A stretch of 64,000 nt of DNA, from NCBI RefSeq assembly GCF_009914755.1, contig NC_060932.1; one strand, written 5' to 3'. How positions within the stretch are numbered: position 1 is the first letter of the stretch; each line of letters opens with the position of its first letter. The position numbers were made by a program, and so were the translations under genes. Of the stretch, positions 1-13,985 are shown one piece after another. The DNA is from the human T2T-CHM13v2.0 reference genome, Homo sapiens. The notes under the pieces are model-generated. The model did no database searches. It saw only the letters and a program-made list of their open reading frames with translations, and had not been told where the DNA came from.

Positions 1-1389
1 TAAGACAGGAAGGGATGGGCTAACTCTACTGTTTTGTATAATGCAGTCAGGTTTATGACCAGGACAGCCCTTATCTACAAAACCGCTAACCCCCGAGTCT
101 TGAAAGGAAAAGATAAAACACCAGCTGCTTGCTAGTCTTCTGACTACAACAAGAAGGCCTGGACAACAAGAATCCTTTTTCTGGATTGAGTCCACTGATG
201 CTTTGACCCTGAAGTCTGAAAGTACTTTGCCAGTAAGGGACTGCCTTTTAAAGTTCTTTGAGTACTGGACAATGCCCCTGGCTACCGAGAACCCCATGAG
301 TTCAACACTAAAAGCATCAAGTGATTTACTTGCCCCCAAACACTACGTCTCTAATCCAGCCTCTAGAGCAGGAGGTCATAAGGACCTTTAAGGCTCATTA
401 TACAAAGTACTCTATGGAAAGGACTGTCAATACCAATAGTAGAGAACCCTGACAGAGAAAATCATTCAAAGTCTGGAAGGATTACACCACTAAAGATGCC
501 ACTGTTATAGAAAACCCATGAATTCGTCAAGCCCAAAATAATAAGTTCCTGCTGGAAAAAACTGTCCAGATGTTGTGCATGTCTCCACAAGATTTACAAC
601 AGAGGCAATCAAGAAAATCATGAGAGTGCAGATATTATTTTTAAAAGGTGGGGCGTAGAGGGTTTCAAGATAGGGATCTTGGAGACATTCAAGAGTGAAC
701 AGACACCACACCAGAGGATTAACAGAAGACGACTTGATGGAGATGAGTGCTTCAAACCAGGGCTAGACGATGAGAAAGAAGATGTAGAAGAAGCAGTGCC
801 AGAAAATAAATTGATTTTAGACAATCTGGAAGAAAGGTTCTCATTATTCAAGACTGCTTTTGACTTCTTTTATGACATGGACCATTTTACGATACAGTCA
901 CTGAAACTAAAGCAAATAAGGAAGGATTGGTACCATATAGTAAAATTTTTAGAGAAATGAAAAGTAAAAAAGTCAAACAGACATTACAACATATTTTCAC
1001 AAAATTACATCAAGTATATCCTGCCTCTCCTTCCACCTCCTCCACCCGAGACAACAAAACTAATAATCCTTTCTCTTTCTCCTCCTCCTCTGCCTATTCA
1101 ATGTGAAGACAAAGAGGATGAAGACCTTTAGGATAAGCAATTTCCCTCTTATTCAATCATATATTTGCTCTTATGATTTTCTCAGTAACATTTTCTTTCC
1201 TCTAGCTTACTTTATTGTAAGAAACAGTACATCATAAATATGCAAAATATGTGTTAATCAGCTATTTATGTTGTTAAGATTTTTGGTCAAAATGAGGCTA
1301 TTCGCAGTTCAGTTTTTAAGGAGTCAAAAGTTACACACAGATTTTCAACAATCAGTGCCCCAACCCCTGCACTGTTCATGGGTCTACTG
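1..1389 (+). mobile_element. Tigger2-like TcMar DNA transposon, 3' part with decayed transposase
   Basis: Degenerate pogo/Tigger transposase-like sequence (short ORFs 203-391 and 679-960). Ends in TIR-like CCCCTGCACTGTTCATGGGTCTACTG followed by the TA target dinucleotide at 1390-1391. Confidence 0.8.
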
Positions 1390-3913
1390 TACTACACTTA
1401 CTTATACATTTATATATTACTTCAGTAAAATACTATTCAAGTATCTCTTGATTCTAAGAATTTCAAGGAATTAATTCTAATTAAGTCTGATAAAAATTTT
1501 TATAAGCTTTGCTCTTATTGCCAACAACAATAATATCTAGTTCCCACTATAGTGAAGTGTAGCTAAATTCTGGTAAACATACCGATACTTAACAACTGGT
1601 ATTCCTCCAACATCAACATACCGTCTGGATCTGAAAATAACATTCCAGGAGGAGGGCACAAGCAAACATTCAGTGTGGGAATGGAAGGTCAACCCAACAT
1701 AATTCTAAACGTATTGATTATTTTAGAGAGTTTGCGGACTAGCAAGCACCTTTGTGTTCCAGTACATTGGGCAAGTTAGCCGCATTACAGAAGAATGGGG
1801 TATTATATTACTAACTTAAAAAGACATTTTTAGAAACCACTTTTTGCTAAGTTAGGGACATTTGGCTTCTTTAAGGTGGGTAAGCCTACAGATGAGAGAG
1901 GAATATATATTCTTATTAAATAAAGGTTTCTAAAAAGGGGCATTTTATTATCCCTATTCTTCCCTCTAATACGTACAGATGTGGAAATCAATGCCCAGAG
2001 AATGTCAATCTATTTGCCTATCTAATACCAATTTCCTCATTTCCTTTATTGAGCTTCCAATTCTCTTTGGAATAGCAGGCTCTGTTTGCAGCTAAGGGTG
2101 CCATGTGACATTCGGCCAATAAAATGAAGCAGGGGTTTAATGGATAGGACTTCAAGATATTTTTTTCCTCATACAAAGAATATCTAGGGTAGACCTTTTG
2201 TCTCTCTTCTTTCTCCTTTCTTCCTGCCTAGAACTGAGAACCGTGGTAAATGAGAGGAGCCACCTTTGTGAACATGCAAACAAAAAGCTACCTTCTAAGA
2301 AAAAAAAGCAAAAAGAGAGGAGTCAGATCCTTATACGTATTATGGAGCCACTAAAGCACACCTACACTTTGGCCTTGTTAGTTGAGAAAAAGAAACCCTT
2401 CTTGAACCACTGTAATCAGATTTACACTGTGTGTAGCTAAATGCCATCCTAACTGATATAGCGAGATAATAAGGGACAGTGTCAAAAGAAAAAGAGGGAT
2501 TCAAAGACTTAGGCTCTGTCTTTAACTTTTATATGCCTGTTTTTTTAATTAAAAAAAGTCATAATTTCCATTTTATATTCCTTCCAGAGTTACTGAAGAC
2601 TGAAAAAACTTATGTCAATGCACTTTATAAACTGTGAAAATACAAAATAATTGTAAGATACTATTAAGGAGTGGTTAGTTCTTAGAGTAACATTTTGAAC
2701 TTATGGTTTCATGATAGGAGCTCCTAAGTCCATTTTTTCATCTATAAAAAAAGATAATGTCTTTCCTTGTCACATAGTTACTGAAAGGTTCAAATGAGAT
2801 AACATTAAGTATACTGCAAATTGTTAAACACGATATAAATGTTAGAAATTATGGAGTTATTATTTTGAAAGTGGTGTGACACTGATTTGAATAAAATTTC
2901 TATGGTTGATTCTACCACTAATTTACATGAATGACCTTGAGGAAGGTATTAAATTTTTGAGTCTCATTTCCTCAATTGTAAGTGAGAGTACTGATTTTAG
3001 TAACTGTGTCCCTCTCTCTGTGTAGCAGTACTATGCTGTACTCCAACATCCACTTTCCCTGTTTTCCTTCAATGACAGAATCCCTACATTTTAGTTTGGA
3101 TGGCCATTGAAAATAAGGACTACATTTTTTTGCCTCCTTTGCGACTAGGTTCTAGATAGCAATGGGATGTGAGGTGAAGAGATGCATGTTTGACTTCACA
3201 AGTCAAACCCTTAGTGGGAAATGTCCTCCACGTCTCCCCTTTTACCCTTTCCACTGGTGAAATACAGCTGAAGTGGTGAGCCATCCTCAGTTACACAGAG
3301 GAAGACAACAGCAAAGCAACAATAGAGATAGAACTGCATGCCTGGCACCAGGGAACTACCTTGGCAGTCATGGGCTGCTTATATACTGTCTGTTAGAGAA
3401 GAGAAAAATAAACTACTTTGTATTCAACCTCATATATTTTGGTGTACATTACAGCAGTCTAAATTAACGGCCTAGTGTGTATCCTAACTAATTCAGTAAG
3501 GATTAAGGAAAATATGTGAAGGTAATCCATAAGCCATAAAGCAATTATATAATTAATCTTACAGTATATTGTCATAGCAATGGCATAAATCTTTTGTAGC
3601 TTATCAAACCATCAACTTTAAAAATTATTTGAATTATGAAAAGAAGAAAAAAGGTCAGATAGCACAAAGTGGACTTGATTTTGAAACACAGAGCCAACAC
3701 TCAAATAGATGTTTAGCCAATCTCAGAGCAGCCAGAATTTGGGATTCACAGTTATTCAGCAAAACAAATACATAATTTTAGAGTAATCAAAAATTAACTT
3801 TGTCTTTCCATTTCTCCCCACTTCACAGACAGCCTTTTTATGCAATTATCAGTCACGCCCTTAAGACACAATGGGGATGACTGCAGTAAACGATGGTAGT
3901 ATGGGATGCCCAT

Positions 3914-4600
3914 TGTATCAGTGTCCTAAAGCTGCCATAAAAAACTACAGGTTGAGAATCCCTAATCCAAAATTCCAAAATCTGAAATGCTCCAAAATCC
4001 AGGAAAGCACTGACATGATGTCACAAATGGAAAATTCCATACTGGACCTCATGATAGCTCACAGATAGAACTTTGCTTCAACCATAAAATTATTTAAAAT
4101 GTTGTATAACATTACCTTCAAGCTATGTAAACAAGCTATATATGAAATATAAATAAAGTTCATGTTTATACTTGGGTCCTATCTCCAATATATCTCATTA
4201 TATATATGCAAATACATTAAATCTGCAATGTGAAACACTTCTGGTCCCCAAACGTTTCAGATAATGGATACTCAATCTGTACCACAAACTTGGTGGCTTA
4301 TAAAAATATATGTATTTTCTTATAATTCTAAAGGCCAGAAGTCTAAAATCAAGGGGTCAGCAGGGTTAGTTTCTTCTGGAGGCTTTGAGGGAAAATAACT
4401 TCCATGGCTCTCTCCTAGCTTCTGGTGACTGCAGTCCTTAGCCTATTAAAGACATCACTCCAATCTCTGCCTCCACCTTCACATCATCTTATCCCACATG
4501 TGTCTATGTCCTTTCTGTTTCTTATAAAAACACTCTAATTGGCTTAAGAACCTTCTCTAATCCAGTATAATCTCATCTCAATGCTTACCTTAACTTTCTG
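3914..4600 (-). mobile_element. MLT1-type MaLR LTR, interrupted by Tigger4/MER46
   Basis: TGTATCAG...GCTGCCATAA start resumes as CCACAAACTTGGTGGCTT...GGCCAGAAGTCTAAAATCAAGG after the nested element. Confidence 0.6.
3948..4279. mobile_element. Tigger4/MER46 (Zombi) non-autonomous DNA transposon
   Basis: Terminal inverted repeats CAGGTTGAGAATCC ... GGATACTCAATCTG, with TA on both sides (3946-47, 4280-81). Confidence 0.8.
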
Positions 4601-4602
4601 GG

Positions 4603-5033
4603 TTGTTATGGTTAAACTGTGTCCCCCAAAAAGATATGTTGACATCCTCACTCCCAGCACCTTGAAATCTGACTTTATTTAGAAATAGGGTCATGGCAGA
4701 TGTACTACGTTGAGATGAGGTCACACTAGAGTAGGGTGGGCGCTGAATCCAATATGACTGGTGTGCTTGTAAGAGGAGAAGAGACACAGACACACAGAGA
4801 GAATGCCATATGATGATGGAGGCAGACACTGGAATAAACACTTATAAGCCAATGAACACCACAGAATGCTGGCAAATTGCCAGAAGCTAAAAGAAACAAA
4901 AAAGATACTCCCTTACAGTTTCAGCACCACGATTTTAGATTTCTAGGCTCCAGAACTGTCAGACACTACATTTTTGTTGTTTAAGACACATAATTTGTGT
5001 TTTTTTCTTACAGCAGCCCTAGGAAACTAATAT
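4603..5033 (+). mobile_element. MLT1B/C-type MaLR LTR
   Basis: TGTTATGG...TGTGTCCCCCAAAA start, GGGTCATGGCAGATG, and GCAGCCCTAGGAAACTAATA end typical of MLT1. Confidence 0.7.
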
Positions 5034-5126
5034 AGGAGTGGATACAAATTTAGGTACATGACAGTAAATACTATAGACAAACAGTTCAATAACAATAATT
5101 CTTGAAAGTTCTAGCAAATTTCATAC

Positions 5127-5222
5127 CTGTATATTCGGAAAATGGCTTATGTATAACTCCTAGCATGGGTTTACCATTTACAGCCACACACACCATAGTA
5201 GTGACGTACTTTCGAAGATCCT
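5127..5222 (-). CDS. BPNT2: BPNT2/IMPAD1 coding exon 3 (96 nt, phase 1-1): (E)[31 protein letters not shown](A)
   Basis: Manual minus-strand translation continues the exon 2 frame. Acceptor is a T-rich tract + CTCATAG, donor is ACAG|GTATGA. The GVIHKP segment is typical of the inositol monophosphatase fold. Too short for the ORF track. Confidence 0.95.
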
Positions 5223-5413
5223 CTATGAGAAAAAAAACAAAACAACACACACAAATGTCAAAGTAATGTGCATAAATTCAAGATACAATATTACACTTTA
5301 GTTCATTAAAAAATTTATATACATGAAATATCTTTCCAAAACAACAATCCCTTCAAGCAAACAGAGTCTGAGGGCAAGAGCCCCTTTAAAGGAGTGGCTA
5401 ACAGTTCTGGTTC

Positions 5414-6132
5414 ACGATGAGATACCATCTCACACTAGTCAGAATGGCTATTATTAAAAAGTCAAAAAATAACAGATGCAAGTGAGGTTGTGGAAAAAAA
5501 GGAATGCTTATACACTGTTGGTGGGAGTGTAAATTAGTTAAGCCACTGTGGTAGACAGTGTGGCAATTCCTCAAAGGCCTGAAGAAAGAAATACTATTCG
5601 ACCCAGCATTCCCATTACTGGTCCAAAAGAATATAAATCATTCTATTATAAAGACACATGCATGTGTATGTTCACTGCAGCACTATTCACAATAGCAAAG
5701 ACATGGAATCATCTTAAATGCCCATCAATGATAGACCAGGTAAAAAAAAAAAAATGTGGTACATATACACCGTGCAATACTATGCAGCCATAAAAAAGAA
5801 CATGATCAGGTCCTTTGCAGGGGCATGGATGGAGCTGGAGGCCATTATCCTTAGCAAACTAACACAGGAACAGAAAACCAAATACCACATGTTCTCTAAG
5901 TGGGGAGCTAAATGATGAGAACACATGGACACATAGAGGGGAACACCACACACTGGGGCCTTTCAGAGGATAGAGAGTGGGAGGAGGAAGAGAATCAGGA
6001 AAAATAACTAATGGATACTAGGCTTAATACTTGGGTGTTGAAACAAATCTGTACAACAAACCCTCATGACACAAGTTTACCCTATGTAACAAACCTGCAC
6101 TTGTACTCCTGAACTTAAAAGTTTTAAAACAA
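5414..6132 (+). mobile_element. 5'-truncated older L1PA (ORF2 C-terminus + 3'UTR)
   Basis: ORF2 C-terminal motifs ([31 protein letters not shown]) and L1 3'UTR. TSD AGTTCTGGTTC at 5403-5413 and 6186-6196. Confidence 0.85.
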
Positions 6133-7111
6133 ATTGCATTTAGAGTCAAGACCCTTTTATATTATAAAAATCACACAAACAAAAGAGTTCTGGTTCTACA
6201 GGCATTACCTGGGTTATTCTCCTAGCCCACCATTTTGTTAACTGAATGTCCTTGAGTAAATTACTTAAATTCAGCTTCCTTGTCTGTATAATATAAACAA
6301 TAACTAAGCACTCATCTTTAGGTATAAATTAACTTTTAATAAAAAAAATCAAATTAGATGCTTAAGAAAGTCCCTGCACGAGGGATGTGCTCACTAAATG
6401 TTATTACTATATGAACAGGCCAATCTCAGTTTAGGAGAACTTTTTATGAACAAATTTCTCGATATTCCATATTTCTATTATCTACTCCTGAAAAGTTCTG
6501 TGCTGTAATTTTAGTTACTATTAGATATATACATCTAGTGTCTTCTCCCTGTTCTCCAAAGTTATGTATTGATTGTTATGGTTCAAGTTCAGTGCAAAAG
6601 CACTGAAATACAAAGGTAAAAAGGTAGAAGGCTCCACATTTACAGAACTTACCATCTATCAGGATAAATAGATAAACTGTAACATATAAACCAAATGAAG
6701 AGTGAAAAGGCAGAAATTAGCTACCTGTGGGTAAGAAACAAGGCCTGAGAGGGGATCTACAAAAATAAAATCTGACTAGGACTAGGTAAAAAAGGGGACT
6801 GGAGGGACAGTAGTTCTGTTTTGTTACTTACTTGCCTTCTGGGTACCTAGAAATTTACTATTTTGAATTCCAAAGTCAGATGTACATGCATTAAAACTTA
6901 AATTCCTAACATCCCGAGTAAACATTAAATTCTGGCTAAAGAAGTTTCTTCAATTATAGGTGTCCAATATAAAACATTTTGCTACTACTGTTAAAAATGC
7001 TTCTTTACTGAACAATCAGTGAGCCACTATCACCTATAGGAAGTATGCCTTGGTTCTGGTTCTCTACTACTAAACGTCAATCAAATGTTTTGAGTTCAGT
7101 TTAAAAATTAC

Positions 7112-7274
7112 CTGTATATTCCTGTGTAGCATCAAGTGGGTCAATCCAGACAGTAACACTTTCTGCTGGTACCTCTTTAGGAGTAGTTACTTCCTTTAGG
7201 ATATCCTCAGGAATCTTATGATCCCACAAGATAACCTCCTGATCAGCTGCATCCACGTGTTCCTCAGTATTAAT
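7112..7274 (-). CDS. BPNT2: BPNT2/IMPAD1 coding exon 2 (163 nt): INTEEH...[13 protein letters not shown]
   Basis: Lies within ORF 7101-7322. Contains the EE motif and the WIDPLDAT metal-binding motif of the IMPase/BPNT family. Acceptor TTTTTAATGCAG|ATT, donor ACAG|GTAATT. Phase is compatible with exons 1 and 3. Confidence 0.97.
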
Positions 7275-7884
7275 CTGCATTAAAAACAGGTGACAGTTAA
7301 AAAAAGTAAGACGAACAATCACTATTTGATAAACTACAAAAGTATTTCAGACAACAATCACCCAAATTATAAATAAGTAAATCCCTATTTTTATTTCTTT
7401 TGATGCTCCATATTGCAAAATGAAAATGAAAATGAAAAAAAAAAATCCATGACATCAGGTCTTTAAATGCTTCCCAATCTAATATTCAAGCCTGGTTTGT
7501 TGACTAATCAAGACAGATAATTCGGATATAGAGAAATATAGAGAAACTGAGCATTGAAGAAACAAGCTACTTAAACCTTAACAATGCTTTATGAAAGATA
7601 ATAGCTCTAAAGTGTGAAAATAGACAATATTCTGGAACACAACACAAGCAACTAGAGTTAGAAGAAAGACGTATCATAGAATAGGGAGGTACAGTCAAAT
7701 TTTCTACCTTTTTTTTTTTAACTAAGGAACAAAATTAAAACATAAAATAAATTTAACTTACCATACAGATATGTAAGGATGTGGGGTAAGGAGAGAAATA
7801 TAAGTAGAGGAAGGGTTGTTACGAGAATAGAGGAATATATTCTCTCCTTAAGGAATATATTCTCTCCTTACCCCACACCCTTAC

Positions 7885-7890
7885 ATACAT

Positions 7891-7926
<36 letters not shown>
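7885..7926 (+). repeat. (TACA)n/(CA)n microsatellite
   Basis: Run of CA dinucleotides read directly. Confidence 0.9.
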
Positions 7927-7928
<2 letters not shown>

Positions 7929-8069
7929 CCCCCTTACACATATATATTCTCTCTGTATAATATATATTATATATTATTTCTACATATAACATATATATAC
8001 ATGTGTTTGTATAATACTTTATGTAAGTATTCTATTCATTTACAAACACATTACAGATTCCTTTAAATT

Positions 8070-8283
8070 GAGATTGCTCAATTTGGCACGACTGACAATT
8101 TGGACTGTATAATTCCTTGTTGTGGGGCTGTCCTGTGCATTGTAGGATGTTTAACAGCATCCCTGGCTGAATGCCACTAGAACGCACCAGATGCCAGCAG
8201 CAACACCCTCAGGTGTGACAAACAAAAATGTCTCCGGACATTGTCAAGTGCGCCCCTGTCCCATCCTATGTAAAAAACACTGT
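8070..8283. mobile_element. MER20 (hAT-Charlie)
   Basis: GGGGCTGTCCTGTGCATTGTAGGATGTTTAACAGCATCCCTGGC core and GTGACAAACAAAAATGTCTCCGGACATTG. Confidence 0.8.
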
Positions 8284-8357
8284 TTTCAACAGTGTGCTTC
8301 TTAATGCATCCTAAAATTAGTCTAATTTGTAAAACAGTGTTTTAAAAATAATGTTTT

Positions 8358-8747
<390 letters not shown>

Positions 8748-9158
8748 TTAAGTTAATAACAGATCATCAATCTTATATGAATACTGCCTCACCATGAGAC
8801 TTCTATCACATCATCATACACACACACAAGAAAAAATGTCCCCAAAATTTTGATTTTAGTTAGGGACTTACACTCTCAGCAGGACAGGCTGTTGGGTCCT
8901 GTGCTTTCTGACAAGCTCCCTTTCCAGAGTAGGTCATGTTTATGCTACATGTGATGCCATGCCTAGACCCCACGCTACAGTGCCAAAGCGATTACAGCAC
9001 TGACAATACATGAGTATTGTCAATACAACATCTCTCACCTATAGTCTTCAGAAAGTTGCAGAGACACAGACATGATTTTAAAAAATATAACTATCACCAA
9101 TCTCCAGAAGGTACCCTGAAACACCCCAAATTATCACAGGAGAGGTTAAAAATACTAA

Positions 9159-9491
<333 letters not shown>

Positions 9492-9529
9492 TAAATCTTT
9501 AAATATTTCTCAGTACAGAGCAAAGTAAA

Positions 9530-12350
9530 CATTCAATTTATTCACTTATGTCTTTATTAATTCAGCAAATGCTTATTGATTGCCTACTATATGACAGACA
9601 CAGTTACAGGTCTTAAAGATACCACAGTGATCAATGTGAGACAAAAATTTCTGCCCTGTGGAACTTAGATTCTAGTATAGATAAACAACGAGACACATGA
9701 AAAAACATGTAGTATGCTGGATAGTGATAAGGAGGAAAAAATAAAGACCAAAAGGACAGAAAGAGTGTTGTTGGAGAGTAGAGAAAGGACTGTTAGAGAG
9801 TAGTGGAAGGGTTATTCTTTAAGAAAAAGGGGTAGATAGTATTAAGAAAGGGTGGCTAGGCAATTATTCATAATGGCTAAAATCAGAAAACTACTAATTC
9901 CATCAATTAGTAGTTTATCCATTACCCTGATGAATGGATAAATATATTTGGTATATCCATACAATGGAAAGTTACTCAGCCATATATACGAATAAAGTAT
10001 TGATCATGCTAAATCATGGATGAACCCCCTTGCTTTGTGAAAGCATCAACATACAAGAGATCATATACTGTTTGATTCCATTAATGTAAAATGTCCGGAA
10101 AGGCAAATCTATAGAGAAAGACCGATTAGTGGTTGCCTGGGATAAGGGATAAAAACAAGAATAAACAGTTAATGGGGTCAGGGGTATTATTAGGGTGGTG
10201 AAAATGTTCTAAAACTGATTAATGATGATAGTTGTACAATTTGGCAGTTCTAAAAATTACTGAATTGTATACTTGAAATAGACAAATTGTAAGATATAAA
10301 AACTATGCTGCAATGAAGTTGTTTTGAAAAAAAAGTAATGTAGCTAGAGAAGCCCCTCACTGAAAAGGTGGTATTTGACTGAAGAGATCTAAAGAAAATA
10401 AGCCTGGCAGGCATCTAGAAGTGCATTCTAGCCCAATAAATAACAAATGAAAAGATCCTAAGGTGGGAATGTGCCTGGTGTGTTCAGAGGGCAGCAAGGA
10501 GGCCAGCAAGGCTACAGCAGAGTGAGCCAAGGAGAAAGGCTAAGGAGCTGAGGTCAGAGAGTAATGGAAGCCAGATGGTGAAGGACCTCGCAGGCTGCAA
10601 CACAGAGCCAGTTGCCCTCCATCATAACAGCTATTAACAATGTGCAGAGGGTCCTAGTCATTGCAGTAAGCTAAAGGGAGGGGGAGAGGAGCAAGTGGGG
10701 AGGTACAAAGTTTAGAAAGAAAAACCAATCCATAATATGAAGTTGATTATTGAGCACTGAGAAAATCTAAAAGAGCTTGCAGATAAATGCAACTCCAATC
10801 AAAATCCCCAGTGTTTTTTGTTGTTGTTGGTTTTTTTTAACCTTCTCCTTGGAAACTGGACAAGGCATTTCTGAAAATTACATGGTAGAACAAAAAGTCA
10901 AGAAGCAACACAACATTTTGGGAAGAGGGGAAAAAAAATACCATCATGGTGTGGTGACTTACCTTACCAGATATCAAGACCAGAATAATTAAGACAGTGT
11001 GGCACTGGTGAGGCATTTTGGCTTCAGAAACCACTCTTAACAACAATGCCAGACTACCTCAGATGAATGAAGATAACAGTAACACCATGCAAAAAGGAAT
11101 AAACTTCAAAAAAAAAAGAAACATGACTCCTAGAAAAGACGAAGTAGCTTATGGGCCTTAACCACTGTAGCTTACAAAACGGCAGTGCCAAGTCTGGCAA
11201 CTACTGAGCTTCACTGATTTTTTGCACAATTCAAGTCAGCTTCTCCATGTACTTGCAGCTGAGTATGAGCGAACACATTATAGAACAGTATTTGAAAAGA
11301 TCTTCACTGAGAATCGGGTTAGGGAGAAACAGCAGGAGAACAAGAACATTAGCACAAATACCTAATCTGCTTTTGAGTAACTGCTATTTATAACCGGCCG
11401 CAACCACTACATACCTACAAATCTGAAAAATCTACTACCCACCAATGTAAACAACCTTATCAATAGTTGCTATGGTCAACACCAGAAAGTCTTCCTCAAT
11501 CCTTTCTCGCGTGCCACATCGAATCAGTCAGTAAGTCCTGGAAATTCTACCTCCCAATTCTAAATATGTCATCATGTCTACCAAGAAAATCTTAGTTTAG
11601 GCCACCATCTCTCACCTGGATTTCTACAATAGTCCTCAATTGTTCTCACCTCCTACAATATATTCATTTACCCATTCATTCAACATCTAATGGCTATATA
11701 CGCTAAACTGCTTTGGACATTGGGATACAGTAATGAACAAAACAGACAAAATCACTGCTTTTACAGAGCTTCCCTTCTCAACCCAGCAACCTGCCATCTT
11801 CCTAAATCAGACCGTGGCACCCTAGCTTAAAACCTTCCAATGGTTTCTCATTATGCAGAGATAAAATCCAGACTCCTTATCATAATCTACAACATTAAGT
11901 TCCAGATGATCTGGGTAATGACAGCAGTAAGTGCTATCCCGTAATCTCTCTCTTGTTTGCACCCTTATTTACTGTACCCCAGACTTACTAGTCTTCTCAT
12001 GGTCACTCAGCCTCAGGGCCTTTGTACTTACTGTATTCTTCTGCTTGTACACGCTTTCCCAGATCTCTGCATGACATCCTGGTTCTTATTAAGGTCTCGG
12101 CTCAAATGAGACTGCCTCAAAGTGGCCTTTCCTGACTACCATTGATAAAGAAGGACCACCAGACACTCTCCCAGCATGACCCTATTTTTTCTTCTTCAAA
12201 GCCCTTATCAGAAACCACGTTACTTGTTTACATTTACTATCTTGATCAGCTAGAACGTAAATTCTGTGGGTGCAAGGACACAAATTTTCTTCATTACTGT
12301 AGCTCCATCCCCATTGTCTAAACCAAAGTAGGTACTCAATAAATACATCT
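9530..12350. mobile_element. Cluster of old L2 and L1M fragments
   Basis: L2 3' motifs (ATTCAGCAAATGCTTATTGA, GTAGGTACTCAATAAATA) and L1ME-like 3'UTR (GGCAAATCTATAGAGA, GAAAATGTTCTAAAACTGA). Boundaries are approximate. Confidence 0.55.
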
Positions 12351-13591
12351 TAACTGACAATATTATTCTCAGCCACTGTAGTTTTTCATTTCTTCCCCAT
12401 AATCCTCTTCCACTCAACCTACTCTTCCTTCCTCATCCTTACTACCTGTCAAAGACCTCAACAGGGAATTGAAGCATAAGAAATCAACCCAAGCTCCAAA
12501 AACCCATACCTACTAACAGCCCTGGCCAATCCCTGCCCCCTCCCGACACCCAGCCAATCACTCCCAAAGAAGCCCATTATGGTGGGAATGAACAATGCAG
12601 CTTTTAGAGAACCTATAATTTTAGAAGGGTAAGCATAAAAAGGTTCTAGAAATCAGAAAACACTAAACTGATCTTGGTCTATGCTGATACATAATAGCTC
12701 ATCTTGCAGTCTCCACCTACACCTGGCAATTATCAAAACATTCTCAGATCCTTTTGTTAGCCTCTATGTATAGCAAGTAGGGATTTCTTTAGGTTAACTT
12801 GCCTTCTGTGTAGGCATTTCTAGTACTCACAATGTCCACTTTTCTTTTCCTTCCTGAACATCTGGAAGGCTATACTTCCCATGTGCCTTGTAGTTAGAGG
12901 CAAATGAGAGTGATTCTGGCCAGCAGAATATAGACAAAAATGTAGATGTACAAAATATGGACAAAAATGTGAATGCGCATCACTTTCTGGCTTAGGCAAT
13001 AAAAAGAAAGCTCCTGCCCAATTCTCCAATCTCTTCTCTTTCCCTGCTATGTTGACATGGCAGAATCACATATCAACATCAACTAGGTCACAGTCACTAC
13101 ATGGAGGACAACTGCTTTGGAGAGTGTCAGGCTTCTGAGAATTGGAGGATGTCGTTACTACAGCATTTCCTACTCAGTCTTTCCTGACTAATGCATTTTC
13201 CCTTTTATAAAAGTAAATACTCCTAAGTAGTTTAAGAGCCAGAAGAAATTCACACGTGTGAATCAATTTAATTTGAGTCTCTTCCTTTAAACCTCAACCT
13301 TGCATCAGGAACTCTGAGAAAAAACAAACCAAAACAAAAAAAACATTGCTGTTACTGGATGGGAGGTAGGGGAAATAGGAAAAATAATTTGGGGGATAAA
13401 ATAGTAATAGCTAGGTACAGATCTGAAGGGAAAGCACAGCTTAAATGAGGCAGCATTAGATGAGAATAGGTACAGAATAGTAGGAGTGTTCCGTAATTGT
13501 GAGGACAGAAAATGTTTAATCTATATGCTAAACAATACCTTAAAATTAGTACAACCAAGTCAGGGGTCAGGAATCAAATGCTTATGTAATA

Positions 13592-13985
13592 CAAATGCTC
13601 CTCAACTTACAATGGGGTTACGTCCTGATAAACCCATTGTGAATTGAGAAGCATTTGTACTGCATAAGTTGAAAATATCTGAAGTCAAAAATACATTTAA
13701 CACATCTAACCTACCAAACATCACAGCATAGCCTAGCCAACCTGAAATGTAGTCAGAACACTAACATTAGCCTACAGTTGGGCACAATCATCTAACACAA
13801 AGCCTAATTCATAATAAAGTGTTAAATATCTCATGTAATTTATTGACTGCTCTATTAAAACTGGAAAACAGAATGGTTGTATGGGTACTACAAGTATAGT
13901 TTCTTTACAATGAATGGTGCATATCATTCTTGCACCATTGTAAAGAAATCCTAAGTTGAACCATCTTAAGTTGGGAACCAGCTAT
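13592..13985. mobile_element. MER47A/Tigger5-like DNA transposon
   Basis: TIR-like ends CAAATGCTCCTCAACTTACAATGG ... CCATCTTAAGTTGGGAACCAGC, TA-flanked. Confidence 0.7.
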
